From contig JANLPS010000088.1 in the NCBI GenBank assembly GCA_031367385.1, positions 1 to 10,406 of the forward strand: a stretch of DNA of 10,406 bases. Direction: 5' to 3'. The first letter of the stretch is position 1. Each line of letters opens with the position of its first letter. Position numbers and translations under genes: made by a program. Positions 1-7,398 of this stretch are shown one piece after another. Origin of the DNA: Archangium sp. Its GTDB lineage: Bacteria; Myxococcota; Myxococcia; Myxococcales; Myxococcaceae. The notes beneath the pieces are model-generated. The model had not been told where the DNA came from. It ran no database searches and saw only the letters and a program-made list of their open reading frames with translations.

Positions 1-134
1 GCTTCACACCGCTGCGACGCCTCGATGTTTCGCGGGTACGGCAACCCCTGCGCGAGCACCGAGGTCTCGAGCGCTACCAGGGGCAACCCATCTGCCCTCG
101 CGGCCGCAACCTCTGAGGAAAAGTGCAATTTCAC
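1..134 (-). CDS. psuG: Pseudouridine-5'-phosphate glycosidase, N-terminal part (runs off the window start)
   Basis: Not in the ORF track. Manual translation from GTG at 134 gives [44 protein letters not shown], which fits the PsuG/IndA N-terminal pattern (S.EV..A.....PVVALESTIISHG.P.P.N) including the conserved Glu. The start overlaps the upstream stop as GTGA (131-134). Confidence 0.9.
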   Translation of the reverse strand, partial: MKLHFSSEVAAARADGLPLVALETSVLAQGLPYPRNIEASQRCE

Positions 135-1840
135 CCGCGGCGCTTCTCAACGACGAGATGGTAGTCCTCGATCTTCTTGTCGAGCGTCGGCCGCGAGATG
201 CCCAAGAGCGCCGCCGCCTTGATCTTCTTGCCGCGCGTCTCACGCAGCGCCTCGGCGATCGCGTCGCGCTCGAGCCTCGCGATCATGTCGGCCAGAGTTC
301 GCGGCGCACCCGTCGCGCCTGGCCCCTCTTGAATCTCGGGCGGCAGCCGCAGCGCCGGCACCTCTTTGCCCGAATACAGCAACGCCAGCCGTTCAGAGAC
401 CCCGCGCAGCTCTTCAACATTGCCCGGCCAGTGGTACTCGCTGAGCAATCGCCGCGCGTCGGGAGACAACGCCGGCACCTCGCGGCGGCTCGCCTTCGAG
501 GCCGCGGTGGCGAAGTGCTCGAAGAGCTGCAGCACGTCTTGCTTGCGCTCTCGCAGAGGCAGCTGATCGATCTCGCTCCCCGTCAACGCCTTCGCCAATT
601 CGCCATCGATTTCACTGCGTTGGGTCATCACGCTCACCGAGTGAACGCTGGTGGCGATGACCCGCACGTCGACCGGCTCTTCTCCACCACGCCGCGCAGG
701 AGCAGCCTTCTTGATCAACAACCGCCCAAGCCGTTCAGCCGCGCTCCGAGGCAGGTGATCGACATCGAGCAACACCAGCGAGCCACCATCGGCCTTGAGC
801 AGCGCAGACGACGCGGGAGGCAACCCCGGCGCGCTCCCGCGCCCGAAGAGGACCTCGTCGATGTGACTGACGGCCCGCCGGCAATCGACCACCACCATCG
901 GCCCGAGGGCCCGCGCCGAACGGGTGTGAATGTAGGTCGCGAGCAGGCTGCGCCCGGTGCCGTCTTCGCCGTAGATGACGACCGGCTCGGCGTTCGAGGC
1001 GGCGCGACGAGCCTGCTCGACGGTCTTTCGAAACGGGCGCGAAGCCCCGACCAGGGTCACTCCGGCCGCACCTTCATCTTGCCGCGAGCGCAGCGCCGTC
1101 ACCGCCTCACCGGCCAACCGGCCCAGCGCGGCGATCATCTTCTGATCATCATCGGTGAACGGCTCGACGCGCTCGGCGTACAAGATGCCGAACGGAGACC
1201 CACCCGACGCCAAGAGCGGCGCGCACAACGAGCCGCCCAGCCGCGAGGCCTCGGTTCGATCGAGCGCCCCTCGAACCATCGCGCGAGGCACCTCGACGTT
1301 GGCCGCGCCCACCACCGCCGCGGTCAAGAGCCCCTCGGTGCCACCGAGCAGCGCAGCGGCCTTGTCGGCGTTGACTCCGCGCGCCAGCTCTTCGGCCGCG
1401 CGGCGCAGCACCATCGCCTCACTGGTCGACGAGATCAGCGCGACGCCCGCGTTGTAGAGCCCCGAGACCGCGCCCACCACCGGGAGCAGCTCTTCGACCG
1501 GCGCCGACACCGCTGACGCCGCGTCGTCACGTTCACTGAGCGCCGCACGCACCGGAGGCTCGTACAAGATCGTCGAGTCGCCGACCTGCAGCCGGTCACC
1601 CGGGAGCAAGGTCACTTCGCCTTCGAGCTTGTCTCCATTGACGACGGTGCCGTTGCGCGAGCCGAGATCAGAGACGTGGGCCTCGCCGCCCTCGATCAGA
1701 ATTCGCACGTGTCGCCGCGAGACCTTCGCGTCATCGAGCGCGATGGTGCACGAAGGGCTGCGGCCCAAGATGACCTCGCCCGAAACTTCGTGTCGCGACC
1801 CAGCCAGCGGCCCCGTCAACAGCAGAAGAACAGCCATCAC
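131..1840 (-). CDS. FHA-GAF-like-AAA+(sigma54-activator type, degenerate)-Fis HTH transcriptional regulator
   Basis: FHA motifs ILGRS, VSRRH and [11 protein letters not shown]-like segment [16 protein letters not shown]. bEBP scaffold motifs [44 protein letters not shown] and YHWPGNV. C-terminal [22 protein letters not shown]-like GAGGG just upstream of GTG/ATG (start 1840 or 1837). Confidence 0.92.
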   Translation of the reverse strand: MMAVLLLLTGPLAGSRHEVSGEVILGRSPSCTIALDDAKVSRRHVRILIEGGEAHVSDLGSRNGTVVNGDKLEGEVTLLPGDRLQVGDSTILYEPPVRAALSERDDAASAVSAPVEELLPVVGAVSGLYNAGVALISSTSEAMVLRRAAEELARGVNADKAAALLGGTEGLLTAAVVGAANVEVPRAMVRGALDRTEASRLGGSLCAPLLASGGSPFGILYAERVEPFTDDDQKMIAALGRLAGEAVTALRSRQDEGAAGVTLVGASRPFRKTVEQARRAASNAEPVVIYGEDGTGRSLLATYIHTRSARALGPMVVVDCRRAVSHIDEVLFGRGSAPGLPPASSALLKADGGSLVLLDVDHLPRSAAERLGRLLIKKAAPARRGGEEPVDVRVIATSVHSVSVMTQRSEIDGELAKALTGSEIDQLPLRERKQDVLQLFEHFATAASKASRREVPALSPDARRLLSEYHWPGNVEELRGVSERLALLYSGKEVPALRLPPEIQEGPGATGAPRTLADMIARLERDAIAEALRETRGKKIKAAALLGISRPTLDKKIEDYHLVVEKRRG

Positions 1841-1862
1841 GCCCTCGGTGTGGAGCGACTCA

Positions 1863-3044
1863 TCACGCTGGGCGCTCGGCCAGCAACAACTTATCGAGCT
1901 CTTCGGGGTCTAACGTGCGGCCCTCGTGGCTCACGGCGATGGCATTAATCTGGGTTTCATCAATCTCGGCGTGGGCCCCCTTGCGCCACTCGGTGGTCTG
2001 GCGGCCGCCGTCGACCAGCTTGCCGATCAAGGTCTCTTCGTCCCAGCTGACGACCTCGGCCCAGAGCATCTCTTCTTGAGCCTCTTCGTCTTCGCCATCG
2101 GGGTGCACCTCGAAGGGGGCGCGAACCACGAAGGTCAGCGGCTCCATCAAGCCCTTGCGTTGGTAGCGTGACTTGAAGACCGGCAGCAGCTTGGTGGCAT
2201 GCTCGGCCAGCGCCGAGGCCTCTTCTTCGGTCTCTTCGACGAAGCGATCTCGATAGTGCTCGAGAATCTCGGCGAGGTTGTGCTTGCCCTCGGGGCTCAC
2301 CACCGCCAGGTACTTGCCCTCGTGGCCTTCGAAGGTCTCGGGGTCGACGCCATACAGGTTCGGCCGCGCCTCATCGGCAGGCAGCAACGTGAAGCCCAGG
2401 CCCACGCTGGTCGAGATGACCGCGCGTTGCTGCGGCCCCTGACCAAACGCCAGGTCGGTGCACAGCTCGTGAAAGAACGTCTCGGCAGCGGCCAGATCTT
2501 CTTCGGTGATGTTGAACATCTCGACGTCGAGCTGCCCGAACTTGGCCATGCCGTGCGTATGCACCCAGTACGACTTGTCTTTTTCGCCGATCTCCATCGC
2601 GTGAATCGTGAGGTGATCGCGAATGTCGAAGTCGAGCTCGGTGATTTCTTCAATGTCTTCAGGCCCGTGAATCTTGAAGGCCATCACGTCGACCACCACG
2701 CCGGCGGTCAGCTCGAGCATGGTGCGCACCGCCCAGAGCGCCTCGAACACCGCCACCGAGGTCTGCGGTTTGCCGGGCTCGAAGGAGACTTTGTAGAACC
2801 CGACCGCCTTCTCGAGAAACTCGCGCAGATCTTGCGAGCCGGTGAGCAAATCAGGCGTCCACCCGAGGGGTTTGTCGCGTTTTTCGAAGCGCACATCGAC
2901 CCGGGCGCCATCGGCGATGACCGAGAAGAGCTGGCCGTTCTCACCGAAGGTCATCTCGACCTCGTCGCCCTCGAAGGCCTCGCGAACGGTCTCTTCGGAG
3001 ACCGCCTCGTCTGACTCGGTGGCGATGACGTAGACGTCTTTCAT
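1863..3044 (-). CDS. Acidic hypothetical protein with a DUF4026/DUF4261-like central region and C-terminal DUF2314 (YegJ)-like domain
   Basis: YWVHTHGMAKFGQLDVEM resembles the W.HT.G...FG..D.E motif of DUF4026/DUF4261-type proteins. FVVRAPF...EMLWAEVVSWDEETLIGKLVD resembles DUF2314. ATG at 3044 is preferred; GTG at 3053 overlapping the upstream stop is the alternative. Domain names come from motif recall only. Confidence 0.7.
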   Translation of the reverse strand: MKDVYVIATESDEAVSEETVREAFEGDEVEMTFGENGQLFSVIADGARVDVRFEKRDKPLGWTPDLLTGSQDLREFLEKAVGFYKVSFEPGKPQTSVAVFEALWAVRTMLELTAGVVVDVMAFKIHGPEDIEEITELDFDIRDHLTIHAMEIGEKDKSYWVHTHGMAKFGQLDVEMFNITEEDLAAAETFFHELCTDLAFGQGPQQRAVISTSVGLGFTLLPADEARPNLYGVDPETFEGHEGKYLAVVSPEGKHNLAEILEHYRDRFVEETEEEASALAEHATKLLPVFKSRYQRKGLMEPLTFVVRAPFEVHPDGEDEEAQEEMLWAEVVSWDEETLIGKLVDGGRQTTEWRKGAHAEIDETQINAIAVSHEGRTLDPEELDKLLLAERPA

Positions 3045-3049
3045 GACGT

Positions 3050-3664
3050 TCACAGGTGCTTCTCGATCTGGCGAAAGAGGTCGACGCGATCGACCAGGTT
3101 CGTCAGGTAGTCGAGGGTGTCAGTGGGCAGCACGAGCACGGGAGAGAGTGTGTACCGCGTAAACCAGTCTTCGTAGAGCCCATTGAGACGGTTCAAATAC
3201 GCGAGTGGAATGTCTTGCTCCATCTTGCGGCCGCGCAGCCGAATGCGCTGCTTGAGCGTCTTGACCGGGCAGCGCAGGTAAATCATCAAGTCGGGGGGCC
3301 GCAGGCTGGCCGCGACGGTCTCGTAGAGCTCCTGGTAGGTCTGCCAATCACGCTTGTCGATGAAGTGCTGTTTGTGCAGGTTCTTGGCGAAGATCTCGGC
3401 GTCTTCGTAGATGGTTCGGTCTTGCAGCGCGGTGCCAGGCTCTTTTTCGAGCTCACGGTGCAGGCGAAACTTGTGGGTCAAAAAGTAGATCTGCGAGCGA
3501 AAGGCATAGGCCTTCATGTCTTTGTAGAAGCTCGCCAGGTACGGGTTGCCCTCGTTGGGCTCGTAAAAGGGCTTGAGGTCGTACTTGCGGCACAAAAACG
3601 CCGTCAGCTCGGTCTTCCCGGCGCCGATGTTGCCCGCAATCGCGATGAATTTCTTACCGGCCAC
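3050..3664 (-). CDS. Deoxynucleoside kinase (dAK/dCK/dGK family)
   Basis: P-loop IAIAGNIGAGKT, YEP..NPYL..FY, QIYFL, DRTIYED, PDLMIYL and lid RIRLRGR..E. The likely start is GTG at 3664 (MAGKKFIAIAG); ATG at 3706 is possible. The ORF-track extension to 3925 overlaps the divergent gene. Confidence 0.93.
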   Translation of the reverse strand: MAGKKFIAIAGNIGAGKTELTAFLCRKYDLKPFYEPNEGNPYLASFYKDMKAYAFRSQIYFLTHKFRLHRELEKEPGTALQDRTIYEDAEIFAKNLHKQHFIDKRDWQTYQELYETVAASLRPPDLMIYLRCPVKTLKQRIRLRGRKMEQDIPLAYLNRLNGLYEDWFTRYTLSPVLVLPTDTLDYLTNLVDRVDLFRQIEKHL

Positions 3665-3732
3665 AGGAGCGTCGTCTAATCGGTCATCGCGAGCCTGTCG
3701 AACCATCACTGCAAGTGCGCTATAGCCGCCAC
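3665..3732. promoter_or_regulatory. Compact divergent promoter region with candidate sigma70-type elements
   Basis: 68 bp between divergent starts. Minus strand: TCGACA (3701-3696), 17-bp spacer, TAGACG (3678-3673), then 8 nt to GTG. Plus strand: TATAGC (3721-3726), then 6 nt to GTG 3733. No Shine-Dalgarno is visible on either side. Confidence 0.4.
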
Positions 3733-4449
3733 GTGCGACTCTGGGTCGGCGTCTTGGTGCTCGCTTTGGGCTGCGCGAAGCCCGCCGACCGTGCGATCGA
3801 GCGCGGCAATGCCTTGGCGCGGCAAGGTCAGCTCGATGAGGCCAGGGCCGCGTATGAAGAGGCCGCTGAGTTGGCCCCAGACTCCGCGCGGGCCCACCTA
3901 TTGCTTGGTAATGCCTTGATGTCATTGCGAAAACCCGAGCTCGCCGAGCCAGAATTCAAGGCCGCGGCCTCACTCGCTGCGGCCCGGGAGGCGCTCGCGG
4001 CCAACGCCTTGGCCTCGCATGACGCCCGCGCCGCGCTCGAGCTGCTCGGAGCGGTCGAATCGCCTCGCGGCAAGGTCATTCAGGCCCGTGCACTGATCGC
4101 GTTGGCGCGGGCTGAGGAGGCGTTGAAGGCGCTCGACCAGGTGAGCACTCCGGAGGCCGAGTATTTGAAGGGCTCTGCGCTGATTTCGCTGCGCCGATGG
4201 TCAGATGCGCAGCGGGTCTTCGATGCCCTCGAGCGCTCGGCCCCGAAGTCGTCGCTTGGCCCCTATGGGCTGGCCCGGTTGGCGGCGGCGCAAGGTCGCG
4301 CGGCCGACGCGCTCTTGTATTTGAAGGCCGCCAAGGCGATGTGGGGCCCGGGCTGGGCCACCGATGTCGTCGCCGCTGACCCCGCGTTTGCATTTCTCTC
4401 TGCTTCAGCCGATTACCAAGAGCTCCTCAAGCCGGCGCCGCCCCCATGA
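3733..4449 (+). CDS. Tetratricopeptide-repeat lipoprotein
   Basis: From GTG 3733: MRLWVGVLVLALGC, a signal peptide with lipobox. TPR units RGNALARQGQLDEARAAYEEAAELAPDSARAHLLLGNAL and YLKGSALISLRRWSDAQRVF. C-terminal capping motif ADPAFAFL...DYQELL. Confidence 0.85.
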   Translation: MRLWVGVLVLALGCAKPADRAIERGNALARQGQLDEARAAYEEAAELAPDSARAHLLLGNALMSLRKPELAEPEFKAAASLAAAREALAANALASHDARAALELLGAVESPRGKVIQARALIALARAEEALKALDQVSTPEAEYLKGSALISLRRWSDAQRVFDALERSAPKSSLGPYGLARLAAAQGRAADALLYLKAAKAMWGPGWATDVVAADPAFAFLSASADYQELLKPAPPP

Positions 4450-5231
4450 TTCGAAACGTCTTCTGTGTTCTGGTCGCCATCGTGTGGACGATGGTCTGTT
4501 TCCCCCTCGCGTCGCTTGCGATCATCGTCACGTTCAACCCGTCGAGCTCGATGTATGTGGTGCAGCGCATCTGGTCTCCGGTGCTGCTGTGGGCTGGCGG
4601 AGCGACCCTCAAGGTCGAGGGGCTCGAGAACGTGCCTCCCGGGCAGCCGCACATCTACGTCTCGAATCACCAGTCGACCATCGACATCCCCACCTTGTTC
4701 ATGGCGCTGGGCGTCGACTTTCGCTTCGCGGCGAAGAAGAGCCTCAAGTACGTGCCCGCGATTGGCTGGTATTTGTGGCTCGCGAAGTTTCCCTTCATTG
4801 ATCGCTCGAATCACCGCGACGCGGTGGCCTCGCTCGACAAGGCCGGCGCCCAGATTCGCGGCGGCGTGAACATCGTCATGTTCCCCGAGGGCACGCGCAG
4901 TGACGACAACCGGGTGCTGCCGTTCAAGAAGGGCCCGTTCGCGCTCGCGACCAAAGCCGGCGTTGGCGTGGTGCCGGTGACGATTGAGGGCTCGGGCAAG
5001 TTGATGCCCAAGAACCGGTGGACCATCACGCCTGGGCTCATTCACGTGCGGGTGGGCAAGCCGATTGATCCCGCTCCGTTCAAAGAGAACCGCGAGGGGC
5101 TGATGGTCGCGGTGCGCGACGTGATCATCGAGCAGAGCCTGGCGATGGGCGGCAAAGGCGGCGACAAGCAGAACGCAGTGGCCGCCAAAGGGCTCGAAGG
5201 CATCGGCCGCGGGCCCCAGGCGACTGCGTGA
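4446..5231 (+). CDS. plsC: 1-acyl-sn-glycerol-3-phosphate acyltransferase / lysophospholipid acyltransferase family
   Basis: Catalytic NHQSTID (HX4D), FAAKKSL, FIDRSN, MFPEGTRS, LPFKKGPF and VVPVTI motifs. Hydrophobic N-terminal helix. ATGA overlap with the upstream gene. Confidence 0.9.
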   Translation: MIRNVFCVLVAIVWTMVCFPLASLAIIVTFNPSSSMYVVQRIWSPVLLWAGGATLKVEGLENVPPGQPHIYVSNHQSTIDIPTLFMALGVDFRFAAKKSLKYVPAIGWYLWLAKFPFIDRSNHRDAVASLDKAGAQIRGGVNIVMFPEGTRSDDNRVLPFKKGPFALATKAGVGVVPVTIEGSGKLMPKNRWTITPGLIHVRVGKPIDPAPFKENREGLMVAVRDVIIEQSLAMGGKGGDKQNAVAAKGLEGIGRGPQATA

Positions 5232-6556
5232 AGCGGCTCTTCGCGGCGCTGGTAGTGGGGCTGAGCGCTTGCGTGACCGGGCAGGCCAGCGCGCCGGTGC
5301 TCAGTGATGAGGCCAGGGCCCATTCGATGCTGCAGCACGGCGATTCAGCCGGAGCGGTCGCGATCTTCGAGCGTCTGGCCGTCGAGCACCCGGCTGATCT
5401 CGGGCTCGCTCGCGGGCTCGCTGAAGCGCACGTGAAGAATGGCACTGGTCAGGCCTTGCTCGACCGGCTCGCGGCAACCGACACGGCGCAATCGCACTAC
5501 GCGCGCGGGTTGGTGCTGTTTTCGCGATCGGCAGACGCGAGTGGCCCTGCGGTGACGGAGTTTCGCAGGGCGGTCGAGCTCGACCCGGGCCAGCCCGAGT
5601 ATTCGTTTCGGCTCGGCGTCGCGCTGCTCGAGTCTGAAAAGTACGACGAGGCCAAGGCGAGCCTGACTCGGGCCGTGGCGGCGGCTCCGGAGCGATGGTC
5701 GTGGCTGCTGCCGTTGGCCAAGGCGCAGCATCGAACCGGAGATACGCGGTTGGCGACGGCGTCGATTCGGGCGGTGATTGACCATGAGCCGAGCGAGGCC
5801 GATGCGAAGACGGCCAAGGCGTTGATGGAGCAAATTGCCGACCCGTTCGTCAACTTCCCCAGACCGGCGAAGGCGGCGCTCGAGCAGGGGCTCAATTGGT
5901 TGCAGGTGGCCGACATACCGCAGCAGGCGATCGTGCAGTTTGAAGAGATACTTCACGATTACCCCGACCTCGCGGTGGTGCACGCGCTGCTCGGGCTCGC
6001 GTACTCGCGGGTCGATGATGCGGGGCGCGCGGTTGATGAGCTTCGGCGGGCGGTCGAGCTCGCGCCTGATGATGGCAAGAACCAGCTGTACCTGGGTGAG
6101 CTGTACCTGGGCCGGCAGCGCGCGAAACAGGCCAAGGAGCACTTCGAGAAGGCCGTCGAGCACAACCCGACGCTCGCTACGGCGTGGTTTCACCTGGCCG
6201 ACATGGCGCTCGAGAAGAACGAGCTCGATGAGGCGCACAAGGCGTACTTCATCGCGTCGCGGCTCGCGCCTGATGACACGAACGCGCATGGGAAATTGGC
6301 GCTGGTATACCAACTCGAGGGCAATTGGCCGGCGGCCGACCGTGAGCTCAAGGCCGTGTTGGACAAGGATGCGGACAACGTCGAGTTCATGTTGAGACTC
6401 GGGGTGTTGCACACCGAGCGGTTCACGAAGGCGAAGAACCCGGCCGAGAAGAAAGAGGCCGCGGCCGAGGCGTCGAAGTGGCTCGAGAAGGTGATCGAGG
6501 CGCAACCTGAAAACGCCTTGGCTTCACGGGCACTGGAGCGGGTCAAGCGGCCGTAG
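5228..6556 (+). CDS. Multi-TPR lipoprotein
   Basis: MKRLFAALVVGLSAC signal peptide with lipobox. Many TPR units, e.g. FRRAVELDPGQPEYSFRLGVAL, LRRAVELAPDDGKNQLYLGELY and FEKAVEHNPTLATAWFHLADM. GTGA overlap with the plsC stop. Confidence 0.9.
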   Translation: MKRLFAALVVGLSACVTGQASAPVLSDEARAHSMLQHGDSAGAVAIFERLAVEHPADLGLARGLAEAHVKNGTGQALLDRLAATDTAQSHYARGLVLFSRSADASGPAVTEFRRAVELDPGQPEYSFRLGVALLESEKYDEAKASLTRAVAAAPERWSWLLPLAKAQHRTGDTRLATASIRAVIDHEPSEADAKTAKALMEQIADPFVNFPRPAKAALEQGLNWLQVADIPQQAIVQFEEILHDYPDLAVVHALLGLAYSRVDDAGRAVDELRRAVELAPDDGKNQLYLGELYLGRQRAKQAKEHFEKAVEHNPTLATAWFHLADMALEKNELDEAHKAYFIASRLAPDDTNAHGKLALVYQLEGNWPAADRELKAVLDKDADNVEFMLRLGVLHTERFTKAKNPAEKKEAAAEASKWLEKVIEAQPENALASRALERVKRP

Positions 6557-6583
6557 CGAACCACCCCTGGTCGAGTGAGCCGA

Positions 6584-6646
6584 CCGTCCCAACGTTGGGA
6601 CGGCTGTTGAACCTGCAGTTTCAAAATGTGTCGCATCGTTGGGACA
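6584..6646. repeat. Composite palindromic element: two GTCCCAACGTTGGGAC-type dyads flanking a central dyad
   Basis: Perfect 20-bp palindrome CCGTCCCAACGTTGGGACGG (6584-6603). Near-palindrome TTGAAcCTGCAGtTTCAA (6607-6624). Degenerate second copy GTCGCATCGTTGGGAC (6630-6645), 14/16 identical to 6586-6601. Lies between convergent stops. Confidence 0.85.
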
Positions 6647-6654
6647 ACTCAAGC

Positions 6655-7398
6655 TCAGCGGGCAGGCCACATCGCCGTCGGGCCCAAGCGATCTACGCTG
6701 CTGAACGGGTCGACGGCTCCGGGGTACCCAACGCTCCACAGAGTCAAAGGTTCGGCTGGAGCCGTCGGACAGTAGAAAAACCGCGCCTCCTCCAGCCCGG
6801 CGCGAAAGACTTCGAGCGGTACCCTGCCCTGCGAGACCGCTGTCATGCCGCCGACCAGCATTCGCACCATGTGCCTCGCGAAGCCGGTGCCCACGAAACG
6901 CATCACGCCGTCAGGGCCCAGCTCGACCGAGGTCACCGTGCGTTCCTTCACCTCGCTGCTCTTGAAGTGAAACGCGGTGAAGTACCTGGTGCCCGCGATC
7001 ATCGCAGCGGCTTCTTCGAGCAACACGCGGTCGCCGAGATCGTCGAGTTGGTACCGATATTCCTTCGACGACGCGCTCCACGCGGCGTGAAACCCATTGG
7101 CCGCGTCACGCACCAGGTGAATTCTCACATCGTCAGGCAACAGCGCGTTGAGTCGCGCCGCCATTTCTTCGCACGGCACCTCAGCCTCGAGCCTCGCGCT
7201 GAGCACCTGCATGCGTGCGCTGACGCCCTTGTCAGTTCGCCCCGCCACCGAGGGGTTTCTCGTGAACCCCGCCCCAGCGAAAGCCTTCAGCAGCTCGCCC
7301 TGCACGGTGCGAACGCCGCCCTCTTGCTGCTGGTACCCGTGAAACCCCGCGCCGCGGTAGGTGCACCACAGCGCGACCATCTTCACCTTCGGCTTCAA
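6655..7398 (-). CDS. truA: tRNA pseudouridine synthase A family protein (divergent)
   Basis: YRGAGFHGYQQQ...RTVQGEL, AGRTDKGVSA with the catalytic Asp (7231-7233), LNALLPDDVRI, FHA..SA..KEYRY, GF..HMVRMLVG and TAPAEPLTL..V.Y. Start is TTG 7398 (TTGA overlap) or ATG 7380. Confidence 0.9.
   Translation of the reverse strand: MKPKVKMVALWCTYRGAGFHGYQQQEGGVRTVQGELLKAFAGAGFTRNPSVAGRTDKGVSARMQVLSARLEAEVPCEEMAARLNALLPDDVRIHLVRDAANGFHAAWSASSKEYRYQLDDLGDRVLLEEAAAMIAGTRYFTAFHFKSSEVKERTVTSVELGPDGVMRFVGTGFARHMVRMLVGGMTAVSQGRVPLEVFRAGLEEARFFYCPTAPAEPLTLWSVGYPGAVDPFSSVDRLGPTAMWPAR

Noticed and set aside
158..1516. 452-aa plus-strand ORF
   Set aside because: Antisense shadow of the regulator. Arg/His-rich with no motifs, as expected from high-GC codon bias.
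131..1840. Calling the regulator a pseudogene
   Set aside because: No stops or frameshifts. The FHA, HTH and fold-defining motifs are intact, and it is coupled to psuG.
2199..3679. Plus-strand ORFs 2199-3014 and 3056-3679
   Set aside because: Antisense to well-supported minus-strand genes, with no recognisable domains.
3665..3925. N-terminal extension of the kinase ORF to 3925
   Set aside because: It overlaps the divergent TPR lipoprotein gene and is low-complexity. Kinase homology begins at about 3664.
5567..6070. Repeated GGCGGTCGAGCTCG segments (RRAVEL twice)
   Set aside because: Explained by TPR protein repeats rather than a DNA-level element.
5345..6505. 386-aa minus-strand ORF
   Set aside because: Antisense shadow of the TPR lipoprotein.
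6584..6646. CRISPR mini-array, canonical parS or classical intrinsic terminator
   Set aside because: Only two 16-bp copies, no cas genes, and the spacer is itself palindromic. The dyad is longer than and differs from the parS consensus. There is no U-tract after the hairpin on either strand.
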